Assembly: GCF_964204645.1 (NCBI RefSeq)
Contig: NC_134036.1
Location: forward strand, 1,550,001-1,614,000
Origin: Tubulanus polymorphus
Taxonomy: Eukaryota; Animalia; Nemertea
Direction of reading: 5' to 3'
Length of the DNA stretch: 64,000 nucleotides
In this document: piece after piece, positions 24,712 to 38,108 of the stretch
Position numbering within the stretch: the first letter of the stretch is position 1
Layout: each line of letters opens with the position of its first letter
Program-made: the position numbers and the translations under genes
The notes under the pieces: generated by a model
Seen by the model: only the letters and a program-made list of their open reading frames with translations
Told to the model about the DNA's origin: nothing
Database searches by the model: none

Positions 24712-25470
24712 AGTTTAGTGCTTAGCCTGAATACCATATGGTAAAAAGGGCCTGATTTACTTAAAGAAACTGATTGAGTCATCAGTGCTTAGTCATAATA
24801 TCATGGAGCATGGACATTGAAAGGACTGCTTAAGTTTAAGTTAGCCTAAATACCATGGGAAAAAGGGCCCCATTTACTTAAAGAAACTGCTTCAGTCGAT
24901 GTTCAGGCTAAATATCATGGAACATAAGAACTTGCAAGAAAGGACTGCTTAAGCTTAAGTTTAGTGTTTAGCCTGAATACCATATGGGCAAGGGCCTCAT
25001 TTACTTAAAGGAACTGGTTGAGTCATCAGTGCTTAGTCTTATTATCATGGAACATGGACATTGATAAGACTGCTTAAGTTTAAGTGAAATGCTTAGCCTA
25101 AATACTATGGGAAAAAGGGCCTCATTTACTTAAAGAAACTGCTTGAGTCATCAGTGCTCAGGCTAAATACCATGGAACATAGGACCTTGCAAGAAAGAAC
25201 AAATTAAGCTTAAGTTTAGTGCTTAGCCTAAATGCCATGGGAAAAGGGCCTCATTTACTTATAAAAAGCTATAAAAAGTTATCAACGAATATACTTTGGT
25301 GCTTAGCCTAAACACCATGGGAAAAGGGGCCGCCTGATTTACTTAAAGAAACTGATTGAGTCATCAGTGCTCAGTCTTAATATCATGGAACATGACTGCT
25401 TAAGCTCGCTTACTGATTTTCTAAAAGAAATTGATTCAGTCGCGGTACTTAGGCTAAATTCCACGGAAGA
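24712..25470. repeat. Complex satellite with ~60-bp subunits and higher-order period
   Basis: Alternating GCTTAGCCTAAATACCATGG..GGGCCTCATTTACTTAAAGAAACTG and GTGCTTAGTC..ATCATGGAACATGGAC subunits. Confidence 0.8.
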
Positions 25471-28400
25471 GCGGTCTGATAGCGGACTGTAGACTTCTGC
25501 TCAACATTTGACCTTGCTTAAGAGCAATAACGCTACTTCAAGCCTAAAGCCTTAGTGCTTTAGTTTTTTTAATAGCTTAGATGCTGCTTATTGGTACAAA
25601 GGCTTAAGTTACTGGATATTAACATCTAGCACAGCAGCCACTAAGGCGGCTATGTGAAGCGTTTATTGGTACAAAGGGATAAACAAATTTCAGTAGTGAA
25701 ATTAAAGAGGATTCGAGTCGGTTCCAGGATGTTGATAGTAAATACCGAGTCCATTAAATCGTCTGTTGACTAAAGTTACCGTCGATCGATAAATCCTAGA
25801 AGATAATTAGACGAACTTCCGCGTAGTTCACGACGTATTAACGGTATTCATTGTTGCTATTAATATTTGAATATAAATATTCATATTGCATGGTGATTAT
25901 CATCTGAACGTTGTATATATTCACAGAACTACGACTTGTTGTCCTTATCGACTTCTCTTGCATCATCGGTAGGATGCAAGGACAAGTTAATACTTGGAAG
26001 CATTTTGGAAATTAAGCAATGCTCCTTGCCTTTTTAGGGATAAAAACGCCCTTAAATAGGTCACAAGACCTTCAAAATTAGGCCTTAGATCCGCTTCTGT
26101 CGGATTCCACATTATGAAATTTCAAGTATCAATTCAAAGCAGGGACTCCATTATGCTCGAAGGACTATACCATAAACGTTTTTGAATGGCATCCAAGTCA
26201 ATACAAACAATCGAGCCAGTTGCAGTCAGTTTCCTTAGTGATGTAAAAGATTTAAAAGCAACAACAACCGAGCAGCTACAACAAAGACAAAATGCTGAAA
26301 GGTGATTAGAGATGCTTTTTGCTAAAATGAAATGGAAGTGTCTGACCGCGGTTCAATTGAGTAGCTGTCATGTTGCTGTCGTAATATCACTGAAGAATAG
26401 CACCATCCTTCCGCGGGGTACAGTCATACTGACTCGCACTGTATAGAAGACCACTCCTGTCGTTGGGTCGAATTTCCATTAAGAAAATGGCTGTTCATAC
26501 GCGCGCCATAAAAATGGGTCTCAGAATATCGGTACGATTCTTTTTGTAATATCGTGATTAATGAAAATGATTGTAGCCTTCTACTTTTATTGGTATTAAT
26601 ACATATATATATATATACATAAAAATATGTTTATTTCTCGTAAAGTAATTGCTTCCTCGAGTTACAAACGGAGGTGACCAAATTGAACTCATGAAATACA
26701 GTAGACTCTGGTAAAGTTTCGGCTAGTAAAATTCTACCCCGAGTCGGTGTCAAATACTGAGACCTTGTCTCTTACTGCAGTAAAGTTGAGACTCATGGTT
26801 CCCCAGCAGGCTCGAATGATTGTTGATTTTCCCCAAGGCGCTTTCAGTCTGAACAAAGCTATTAAAATATTTGAATCGATGTTCTTGGAAACCGACAATA
26901 GGAAGTTGCTAGGGGGGACGTTGACGAACCGTTGAAATTCAAATTTGAAATATGATAAAATAAAAGCAAAAAAGCCGATTTTCGCTGTTTTTTTTTCTCT
27001 CCTCCGGTCTAGCTAATTAATGCGAACAGTTTTAACGACGTTTTAATTCTTATTGATGGATTTTTCAATACAAAAATTAAGTTAACCATGAAAGACGATA
27101 GCAGAAGAGCTTAATGCCTCACCGGAAGAACTTAATGCCGTTATTACAATTTAACAATCGAAGAATATTTGGTCTAAAATGAAATGACACCTTGTTTCTC
27201 CAAATCTGTCAAATGAATGCGGGCAATGAATTAAGTAGAATTAGATCTTGGCTACCTTTGGGTCCTTGTTCAGAGTCAGTTGTCCCATAGTTTCACAAAA
27301 ATAGAAAAATAATGCCTAATTATTTCTCCTAATCGACCGGGTGCATTTTTGTAAAATGCAATGAAATTTGTAATCGGTTCATTTCAATAACTGCCGGACA
27401 CAGGCGGCCGGCTGGGTCAATTTTTAAGCTCAGCAGAAATGAGAGAAACAATATATCAGTTTGTTTTAGCCTTATAGAAAGCAGTAAGACCCAATGAGTC
27501 GGCAGATTGCTGGTCAACCCGGTAGAAGGCTATTTTTTCTCGGGGAGAAGAACGTGTCAGATGTAAAAGCCGCTTTTATTGGTCCAAAAAACGAAGTATT
27601 TCAGGAAACTGGCCAATTACAACGGAGAACACAGATTGAATAAGAGCCACTGTGGTCAATAATGATGAATCTCCAGTAAAAAAAAAACAGCCAATCAGAA
27701 CAGGTTTCATACACTGATTGAATCAATTTGCGGTCATTTTGATTCAAGATGGATTTGGAATTAAAGTTCACCGACTAACACCAAACTTCCATCATCACAC
27801 ACACTTGTTTGAGTCAGCTATCCGGCGCGTGTCCGCCATGTTAGACAATATACACCTGCTGCCACGGCGCTCTGAGAACTCCGTGCGCTCTTCTCCGATA
27901 TCTGTATAAACGTTTCGTAACATCAAACAAAGCATCATCAATTACTGGAGAAAAGGCGAGACGACGTGATCCATGTCTGATTTCCAATATACACACCCTC
28001 GACATTGAAAAACCTCTGCTTACCTTCCATCAAGAAACCAGCTATACTCATTGATCAGGAAATTAAGTGTCCACTTTCAGAAAATATGGTTAAACTTCTT
28101 GATAAACCCCATTGTGGCATCATCATGATGTTGATTTGGTGACCCCCTTCTGAAAAACATGGCCGCCCTCTCGAATTTCCCTATGCAGAGCGAATCCAGA
28201 GAGGACTCAAATTGTTTTAGTTTCTATTTTGTCAACAAAAGATCAATTTCAGTGCATTTCAGTTAGGGAGTACACAATGCCTTTCTGGGCCCAGTTTCAC
28301 GAAAAGGTTTAAGCTTAAAACGGTTAAGTTTGAATTGTTGTCCCCATTGAAAAGATGAAGTAACCAATAGCAATTACACCAAACATTTGAGCTAAACTGT

Positions 28401-29689
28401 TTCGTGAAAATGGGCTCAGGGCATTAAAACCCCTTTCGGGGTGTGACAAGTCCTCAGTCATGGCTGAAACGTAAAACAGCTGGTATCAATTTTTTGCTTT
28501 AATGGAGGTAGCTTTCTGTCAACGGAAAACGTTTTTTCGATATGACCCGTCGTACGTTCGTAAATACGTCTTATTGAACTAGGATTCAGACCAGCGGAGC
28601 GCTGCTGCACGAAGCGATTCCCATTGATTGCGTGACGATCTATTCGCCTGCTCACAGAGTACAAATTGTTTTCCTGTCTCCAATCTGTGGCGAGAGGTTA
28701 ATTGCATGCCATTGACACGAGACGCGATGGACAGCCGTTTTCTGTATAAAAATGCTCATCATTTTTTCCAACATGTCCAGCAACGGATAATTATTTTATC
28801 AATCACTACCGCGCACGCGCGTGGAATTCATGTTATTACTGGTCGTGATTGTTGTCGCCGCTCGCTGGTGTGTCTCTCTGGATACGGTCGTTATTAGCGA
28901 CAACACTGTGTTTAACAATGTGTGTTTTTCAGGATGATTGTCGTCTACAGTAGAGTTCAATCACAAACGATTTTCCTAAAAATCATTGAAAGATCTGCGA
29001 TTTTAAAGATCCTGCGACCGCAACCTTCCGCGTGGACACTTTCACAAAAGATGGCCGCCTGCGCGAATCCCACAATGACACCATCAGACTTCATGCAAAA
29101 CGACGCCTTCATAAATCACCAGCTATGACATCATTGGATCCATCCAGAATGGACGCCTTCAAAAATCCCCCTATGACATCATCAAATTCTCGCCCCCATC
29201 CATAATCTCTGACCCTTTCTAGCCCAGCTTGATACAATTCCACAAGGTAAACGTTTAAGAAGAACTAGACAGTTTTCCGCGGTTTAGTGTAGCTAATAAA
29301 GGCCGGCTTTTAGCGGGTGACGAAACTAAGTTATCAGATAATTCCTATTTGTAGGCGGTAGGTGAATATTTACATATCAACGGAATTTACGCAGACTACA
29401 GAGGCTTAGCAACTCCGTAACAATTAGCAGCGGCTTTATTGTTAGATAAAGTGGAAACGGAGCTGTCGTCTGCGCGATTTGATCTCTCTCTCACCGGGAT
29501 TGTATCCGATTTCTGGAGGTCGTTGAGTCACTTTACGGCTCGGATCTTCTTACAGGTGCGCGCGCGCGTTTACTGTAAGACGATCGGGGTTAAGTTAACG
29601 GCGGGATATCGGGTTAGGGTCGAATACCTCCTCGTTCGTCCATCCCCACTTGCACCTGAATAAAAAGTGTTTCTCCCAAGGGGTCGTTA

Positions 29690-30445
29690 TCGCAACATCT
29701 CTCTGAACGTTCGCTAGGGGTCGGTACATCTCCCTAGGCGTTCGCTAGGGGTCGCTATATCTCCCTAGGCATTCGTTAGGGGTCGCTACATCTCCCTAAG
29801 CGTTCACTAAGGGTCTTTACATCTCCCTAGGCGTTCGCTAGGGGTCGCTACATCTCCCTAGGCGTTCGCTAGGGGTCTTTACATCTCCCTAGGCGTTCGC
29901 TAGGGGGCGCTACATCTCCCTAGGCGTTCGCTAGGGGTCTTTACATCTCCCTAGGCGTTCGCTAGGGGTCGCTACATCTCCCTAGGCGTTCGCTAAGGGT
30001 CGCTACATCTCCCTAGGCGTTCGCTAGGGGTCGCTACATCTCCCTAGGCGTTCGCTAGGGGTCACTACATCTCCCAAGGCGTTCGCTAGGGGTCACTACA
30101 TCTCCCTAGGCGTTCGCTAGGGGTCGCTACATCTCCCTAGGCGTTCGCTAGGGGTCACTACATCTCCCAAGGCGTTCGCTAGGGGTCACTACATCTCCCA
30201 AGGCGTTCGCTAGGGGTCGCTACATCTCCCTAGGCGTTCGCTAGGGGTCACTACATCTCCCAAGGCATTCGCTAGGGGTCACTACATCTCCCTAGGCGTT
30301 CGCTAGGGGTCTCTACATCTCCCTAGGCGTTCGCTAGGGGTCACTACATCTCCCAAGGCGTTCGCTAGGGGTCGCTACATCTCCCTAGGCGTTCGCTAGG
30401 GGTCACTACATCTCCCAAGGCGTTCGCTAGGGGTCGCTTCATCTC
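29690..30445. repeat. 31-bp minisatellite, ~24 copies
   Basis: Unit GGCGTTCGCTAGGGGTCGCTACATCTCCCTA; period seen at 29821 and 29852. Confidence 0.95.
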
Positions 30446-31132
30446 ATTAAGCATCCTCCATATACCATGAAAATAAACTTATCTTATCTTATCATAAATC
30501 TGGATTTGTAAAAGGCATAATTATTCCTGGTGGTTACCTTTCAAAATTTTAAATCAGTTTTCCATTTTCACTTATCGGAATGTACCGCTTGATGATTCCC
30601 CTGTCTACCGAACCGGGTCCACGACTTTAATAGACTTATCCAGGCATCTTCACTCAACCGGAAGGTCGTATTACACATGTACATGCACATGTGTACATAA
30701 ACAACATGTACATGTGCAACAAGGTTTGAGATTAACTATCGCCAAGAGTGAAATAAACTTAATCTCTGTCTAGTCTAGAGTTATCGCGATGGTTTCGTCG
30801 GCAATTGCTGCGAGAAAACTATAGAGATTACGCGAGATTAATCACGTGTGACTTTGATTACCCGGATGTATATAATTACCGTTATTAAGCGTCGTTGTCA
30901 CGTGACTTTTGAAAACGTGTCGGAAAATTTATTCCATTTCTGTTTAGGCTTCGAATTACCGGAAGGAAACGTTAGTCGAAAATAGAAAGTCGTAAATCGT
31001 AATTGAGTTGAAAACGTAAAAAGAAAGTTGTTTTCTATCAGTCAAAAGTCAACATTTCGAAAATATGAAATGAGGCCGAAATAGGTTTAGAAATTCAAAA
31101 AGAAAAAGGAAATCTTGTAATTATTCTAGAAA

Positions 31133-31205
31133 AGGCACCGCCCGGATTTGAACCGGGGATCTCCTGTTTACTAGACAGGCGCTTTAACCGCTAAGCCACG
31201 GCGCC
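31133..31205 (-). tRNA. tRNA-Thr(AGT)
   Basis: GGCGCCG acceptor stem, A box TGGCTTAGCGG, anticodon arm CCTGT-CT-AGT-AA-ACAGG, B box GGTTCAAATCC, T-run terminator; 73 nt. Confidence 0.95.
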
Positions 31206-32476
31206 GCTTGTGGGAACTGGAGCTCGGACAGTGTCCAGGTCAGTTCTTCTGGTGGTGTCGTGTTCGGTTCAGCGACCAGCTGCGTGACCAGTGGGAGAAG
31301 AGTTAGTGACTAGAACAGCCGCCAACAATAGAGGAGCAAGTATAGAACCTTGCTTAACTCCCTCCCACCTCACTTTCAGTATAGATTGTTGCCTTGTCCG
31401 TCCAGGATTAATTTCCTCTATCTACTATTGGAGTATCAATATCCGCGCGCGCGCGCAGACGAACAACAAAACTCTCTGACAATACGACACCCGTTATTGC
31501 CGTAATCAGGTCGAGCGATATCACCCACACCGTTTTTTTTATTTTTACGACGGTAATCTGGAAGAAATCATTGGAAGAAATATCCTCAATATTCCCAAAT
31601 CTCTCGTGCGACGCGAAAACGAAATTGTATTCTACACCTGGGAAAGATTGCATAATTAGCTGCTATGATTCTGCCTGTTACCGAAACACGGTTCAGATTG
31701 CGATCTCCCAGTAATAATTAAACGATCTCTGAACAGAAGAAATTGTGGCCTTTCGTGATAGAAATTCCTCTAACATATAGCACCCTATCGTGTCGTTGCT
31801 AAAACTCTTCTAACAGCGAACCGGCTCGTTGTGCGAAGACCCCCTAGAATAAACTACAATCTGTAGGGCCGGGAAGATTGCGATATTCACAGTAACGATT
31901 GTAAGATCTCTTAGTAAAGGACATTGCGGTTTATCTTTAGAGAATATCTTCCTATACTCCTCTAACAGTGAACCGATTCGATCGGTTGTGTGAAGATCCC
32001 CTACAATAAACTACAATCAGTTAGATTCTGGATTGAAGATTTTTGTGTTCAGTAACGAATAAAAGATCTCTAATTTTCTGGCTTAAGTATCTTAGAGGAT
32101 AGCATCCCAAAATCTGCTAACAGCAAACCAGCTTTCTGGAGTAGATATTCGGTAGCGAATGAAAGACCTCTTATAGTAGTCTGACTCATCATAGAAAATA
32201 ACTGCTCTCAGGTGATGACCCAGACAATGTTCCGTGGTACATTATCCTAGAGTTCATGGCAAATGGTCCGGTACGGTGTCCTAAAGAGGTCACAGTAAAT
32301 GGTCCGGTACGGTGTCCTAAAAAGGTCACAGTTAAACGACCCGTTGCGGCCGGTCTCCGCGGGCTCATTATCAGTTCTGCTTCTTGAAGATAATGATGGG
32401 TTTTACGGCGATGACGGTTTCTTTGTGACGAGCATAAAAAACGATCGTCACATTGTAAAGAGAAACATCTTTTTTC

Positions 32477-32583
32477 CTCTCTCCCTCTCCCTTTCCCTCT
32501 CCCTCTCCCTCTCCCTCTCCCTCTCCCTCTCCCTCTCCCTCTCCCTCTCCCTCTCCCTCTCCCTCTCCCTCCCCCTCCCCCCC
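32477..32583. repeat. (CTCTCC)n microsatellite
   Basis: Direct reading. Confidence 0.95.
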
Positions 32584-32959
32584 ACATTTCTGTTTGTAAA
32601 TGCCAATTAGTTTTTGCGGATATAAAGCTACGAGATTTAGTTTTGCAGGGTAATGTATGGAATAGAAGCCGATTCTGAAAACACGCGTTGCAAAACTTTT
32701 ATCTCGTCGCTAATTGCAAAAGAAACCATAACCGGAAGTGACGTGAAATTACTACCGTTTAACACCTATTACGGGCGGTTATTGACAGATTGAACGCTAC
32801 TCCCGGAGTAGATAGCTTCCGGGGTAAATTATTACCAGAGATGTAGCGCTTTGCGGAGAGATGTCATTCTCGATAAGCGTTCGGTCGATTCTTCTGGAGA
32901 GCACGAAAACATGATCTGGTTATATTCGACTTCAGTTCATTCCGCCTTTATAGATTCGA

Positions 32960-33539
32960 TACACTGTGGAACTGGATTCAGAGTCAAATTAAACCCATAA
33001 AACTGTGGAACTGGGTCCAGAGTCAAATTAAACCCACACAACTGTGGAACTGGATTCAGAGTCAAATTAAACCCACACAACTGTGGAACTGGATTCAGAG
33101 TCAAATAGAACCCACACAACTGTGGAACTAGGTTCAGAGTCAAATTAAACCCACACAACTGTGTGGAACTGGATTCAGATTCAAATTAAACCCATGCAAC
33201 TGTGAAACTGGGTTCGGAGTCAAATCAAATCCACCCAACTGTGGAACTGGGTCCAGATCAAATTAAACCACCACAACTGTGGAACTGGATTCAGAGTCAA
33301 ATTAAACCCACACAACTGTGGAACTGGATTCAGAGTCAAATAGAACCCACACAACTGTGGAACTAGGTTCAGAGTCAAATTAAACCCACACAACTGTGTG
33401 GAACTGGATTCAGATTCAAATTAAACCCATGCAACTGTGAAACTGGGTTCGGAGTCAAATCAAATCCACCCAACTGTGGAACTGGGTCCAGATCAAATTA
33501 AACCACCACAACTGTGGAACTGGGTCAAATTAAACCCAC
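32960..33539. repeat. 39-bp satellite, ~15 copies, derived from a MITE terminus
   Basis: CACAACTGTGGAACTGG(A/G)T(T/C)CAGAGTCAAATTAAACCCA units match the right end of the MITE at 34347-34462. Confidence 0.9.
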
Positions 33540-34346
33540 TGCGAGTCCTGAAATTCCGATACTAATTCTGTCGGAGGCCATTTCGACAAGTGAGCTTTAT
33601 CAATTAGCCAGTAGTGATATCTCAATGTTAGACTAATGATATATCAATATAGATATTTAAATATAAATCATATCTCAATATAGATGTTGTTAAGTATAAT
33701 GTTTCTTCCGGCCACTACTGCTGCTGCTACTGCTGCAGCCGCTGCCGCTGCCGCTGCTAATGATGAACAAATGAATATTTATACTCAGCACATGATAAAT
33801 ATCTAATAAGAAATTAGACGAATTCTAATGTAAATATTATATTTCCCTCATCATAAGTGTATGGGTACAACACTGACATCATAAATTATAGATTAGATAA
33901 CCCACATGGTATCTATTTGTGACAATACTAATGGTTTTATCGGGGCTATGAATCTATTGATGTATATATACCTGGGGTGCGGATCCAGAATACAGGTCGA
34001 GCGCGGCGTTTTCCCGCATATAATGACGTTTATGATATTTCAATGAAAATGGATTCTTTCCAGGACCCGGTTCCACAGCTGTGAGTTAGAGTTAACTCTG
34101 AGATAGCTCATTTTGATTTAACTCAGAGTCACAACTGTGCATTACCACAGAAATTTGATTTTTTGTATCTCATTTTTCTTGACACAAAGAACATCTTGAT
34201 AGTAAGCAGCCTCAACTGAGGATGTCTTATTATTTAATCAGGGAATTTGAATTTTTTTGTGTCTTGTTGTTCTTGCTGGTGACGAGTGACACAATATATT
34301 ATTATAATTTAATCAGGGAATCTTTGTTCAAGGGTCAGAAATATCA

Positions 34347-34462
34347 GGAACCAGTTCCAAAGTATAGAGTGGCTCAGAGTTAACTCTTGAGTTACAGTTA
34401 GTTCATTTTCAATGTGTTAATTCTTGAGTTAAATCTTAACTCACAACTGCGGAACTGGGTCC
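34347..34462. mobile_element. Harbinger-like MITE (GGA.CC.GTTCCA...GGAACTGGGTCC)
   Basis: Inverted termini; relatives at ~34063-34140 and ~52556-52668. Confidence 0.65.
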
Positions 34463-35348
34463 TGAAATTGAACTTGATTTGAAATTAACAATGGTTTAAT
34501 GCGTGCGCGTGAAAACGTATAATCATTTTAATGTTCATGGATCCATTGTAGATGTGTCCCCCATATCTTTACATAGGTCCATAAACCTCAGTTCCAGAGT
34601 AGGCACTCTGAGTCCGGAATTCCAGACGTGTATGAGATATTCTCGCTGGAAATTTCCGGGGATATTCTACTGGTGAAAAATCAAGGAAAAAAGTTCACCG
34701 TAACCATAATATTCGTTCACCGACGAGTACCGCCTATAAGCGGAAATGGCTTCAGGGTCGTTTCGAGCCGCTACGATGAACTTGAAGAGAAAATTGATAT
34801 TAACACAGATACAATTTTGAGAGCGTTTACCAGCGATAAAGAAATCTCACTTTGCGTTCGAATATGATGAATGATGAAGCCATCATGAGGTAATGATAAG
34901 GTCGTTAGAGCGCGATGGCGGTTGAGCGGAATGTGACGTGGTCGCCGGCGGGGACTCTGGATCAGAGACTACTATATAACCATCCCGCTTTATACCTCCG
35001 TAGGGTTAATATCGTAGTAGCAGTTTATTATATCAACAGTTTAATAGCTTTATAGCTGTCACAAACCGCTGTTACGATGGTCAGAGACCGCGGTTACATC
35101 ATAGAGCCTCGAGTTTATAGATACGCCATCGACTTAATTCGAGTACCATCAACTTTGTCATGTTGGTCACCGTTTGGATACCATTGAGTAGGCTCGGGTA
35201 GGCTCCAAGTAGGTTTATCGTAGGCTCTCAGATTCACTAACTTGCGCTGTCGTTGTGCGCGTATGTATTATTTCGAGTGGGTTCAATGATTTATAACGAT
35301 CAAAATGTTGTCTCCAATTGCAGCATTTGATTACGGAAAAAACTGTCG

Positions 35349-35742
35349 AGGAAAGAGAGAGGAGAGAGAGAGGGAGTGGGAGGAGAGAGAGAGGGAGAGG
35401 GAGTGGGAGGAGAGAGAGAGGGGTGAGAGGGAGAGGCAGAGGCAGAGGCAGAGGCAGAGGCAGAGGCAGAGGGAGGGAGAGAGAGAGAGAGGGAGAGAGA
35501 AGGAGAGGGAGAGAGGGAGAGGGAGAGGGGAGAAGGAGAGGGAGAGGGAGAGGGAAGGAGATAGAGGAGAGAGGGAGAGGGCAGAGGGAGAGGGAGAGAG
35601 GAGAGGGAGAGGGAGAGGGAGAGGGAGAGGGAGAGGGAGAAGGAGAGGGAGAGGGAGAGGGAGAGGGAAGGAGATAGAGGAGAGAGGAGAGGAGGGAAGG
35701 GGAAAAGAAAGAACCCGGAAAGCGAACGGGAAGAGAGAGAGA
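35349..35742. repeat. (GGGAGA)n/(GGCAGA)n purine microsatellite
   Basis: Direct reading; explains the RG/ER-rich ORFs. Confidence 0.95.
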
Positions 35743-36500
35743 TGATGCTGATGGTGGATGGTCAGTGTGGTATTTTTTCTACGGATCGAGTGACATGTAG
35801 TATGATGGTGAATATGAAATGATGGTTTGTACAGTTTGTCAGTTGGTTTATCAGGGGACTGAATGTAACATTACCATCACGTTCTAACTAATACAATAAC
35901 ATATACATATCTATCCGTCTGTCTGTACCTCTAGCCTTCACGCCGGGGGGAGTGTCAATTAACCAGGTCACTCATGAACGCATGTCATGTTTATAAAGTG
36001 CACTTTTTCTTGAAACTGCCCCTCAAAAAAGCTCGACACGAGCCTGCGCGGCGAGCTGAAATAGATAATCCACGCATTTTTCTATACGACGACCAGATTG
36101 GAAAATGACGTCTTTTCTGGAACACAGCGCCCCCTGGTGTTAATACTTTGTGCGCCCATTTTCCTATGACATCATGAGGGGAATTCATGGAGGCCGACAT
36201 CGAAGACTGAGAGGCCGAAAATGAACAGATTGCGGTTCATTATAAAAATGCTGTCGTGAATCTATCTCAGCAGACATTCTCCATCCCAGTAGTCTTCCCC
36301 TCATCGTCCCCGAGTCTAGTGGAAGTGCTAATCACAATGTCGCTGTTAATTAATTAAACATCTCAAGTCGCGGATTCACTGTTTTCGACGTCGTTTCGTG
36401 TAGTCACGCGTGAAAGAGTTTGCGTTTTAGATTTTGTCGACTACGCCGTTTCGTGGTAATTAAATTAGAAAATCGAACAGCACCTGATAAACCCGGACAT

Positions 36501-36782
<282 letters not shown>

Positions 36783-37393
36783 TATTTTTGGCGAAGAAAA
36801 AACGGATCCTACAGCCCTTCAAACAATCACAACCGTGCAACACAACAATGAGCAGCTACTGCTGTTAAAGTGCGGTGGAATAAGTCGTTTTTTGTTGGAA
36901 GGAACCAGAGTGACATGGAACCTGCACTCTATATCATTGTCATGTGAAGAGCGGACAATCGACTATCTCAAGCGTTTAGAAGTTGTTTTTTGATTTATTT
37001 TCCAATATTTATCTATAAACTCATTAGCAAATATTTGCCTTATTGTCATCTTCAGATAGAAATAGTGATATGACACCAGTCAGTTGCGCCAGCCAGTCAC
37101 TCTAATGTCTATTCCAACTTGACTAAGGAGGACTCCTCAAGCGAGATATTACCTGTCGTCGTAGCGCAGAGCAATAGTAAACATTCACGACATAATAAGA
37201 TCCGTTTGTAGTTTGTTCTGTCTTGTTTACGATCTCCTGTACTATTATCTCATTTCGATATCTCATTTTGATATCTCATTCATATCTCAATTATCATTTT
37301 TGCGAAGAGATCGTCGCATCTCAAACGACAACTTGCTGTCAACGCCACCAAAGTCTACACGAAATGGTAGTGAGTCCATTTACGTCATTTCAG

Positions 37394-37481
37394 ACGACAA
37401 CGGTTACTTTTCACTTCGATCAATCGTTCACATTTGACGGCCACTATGACGTCATGCGACGCTTTAACAGCACAGAAGCCG
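37394..37481 (+). CDS. Candidate upstream coding exon of CRHBP
   Basis: CATTTCAG acceptor, open frame TTTVTFHFDQSFTFDGHYDVMRRFNSTEA+G, G|GTAAAA phase-1 donor compatible with exon 39361; no homology support. Confidence 0.45.
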
Positions 37482-37714
37482 GTAAAATGAAAGAATATGA
37501 TTGGTGCAATTTACTACAATAGCGCATAATTGACCAATCAAATGCAATCATCTTGTCGAACAGAATGCAAACATTGTAGCGTGAGAAGAAGTTCTGTAGC
37601 AGCAGACGACAGCCTCGATATCATCTAATCCAGAAATACATGTTCATTATTCTATCGAACAATCCATTCAAATTTTCGAATATTCTTGACACACAAAATG
37701 CTTGCGCAGTCAAG

Positions 37715-38108
37715 GATTTTGGTTCAATAACCAATCTTTAAACAACTTGTGACCAGTCTAAACTCATTCTGGTTCTATTGCCAATGTAACAACTTAAGAC
37801 CAGTCTAAGCTCATTTTAGTTCTATTACCAATCTAACAACTTAAGACCAGTCTAAGCTCATTTTGGTTCTATAAACAATCTAACAACTTAAAACCAGTCT
37901 AAGCTCATTCTGGTTCTATAACCAATCCATTGCTAAGCTCATTTTGGTTCTATAAACAATCTAACAACTTAAGACCAGTCTAAACTCATTTTGGTTCTAT
38001 AACCAATCTAACAACTTAAGACCAGTCTAAACTCATTTTGGTTCTATAACCAATCTAACAACTTAAGACCAGTCTAAGGTTACTTTAGTTCTATAACCTT
38101 TAAGACCA
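37715..38108. repeat. 47-bp tandem array (internal repeat of a Harbinger-like MITE family)
   Basis: TTAAGACCAGTCTAAGCTCATTTTGGTTCTATAACCAATCTAACAAC units; also at 42588-42895, 46458-46597, ~47153-47300, 53315-53736, 63932-64000. Confidence 0.9.

Noticed and set aside
29690-30445. CRISPR-like regular 31-bp repeats
   Set aside because: Head-to-tail units with no unique spacers, in a eukaryotic context with no cas genes.
34934-34979. CRE-like TGACGTG plus TATATAA as the CRHBP promoter
   Set aside because: Plausible, but no signal-peptide exon could be linked to it.
35305-35745. RG/ER-rich ORFs (also 32189-32610 and 5080-5322)
   Set aside because: Purine/pyrimidine microsatellite artefacts.
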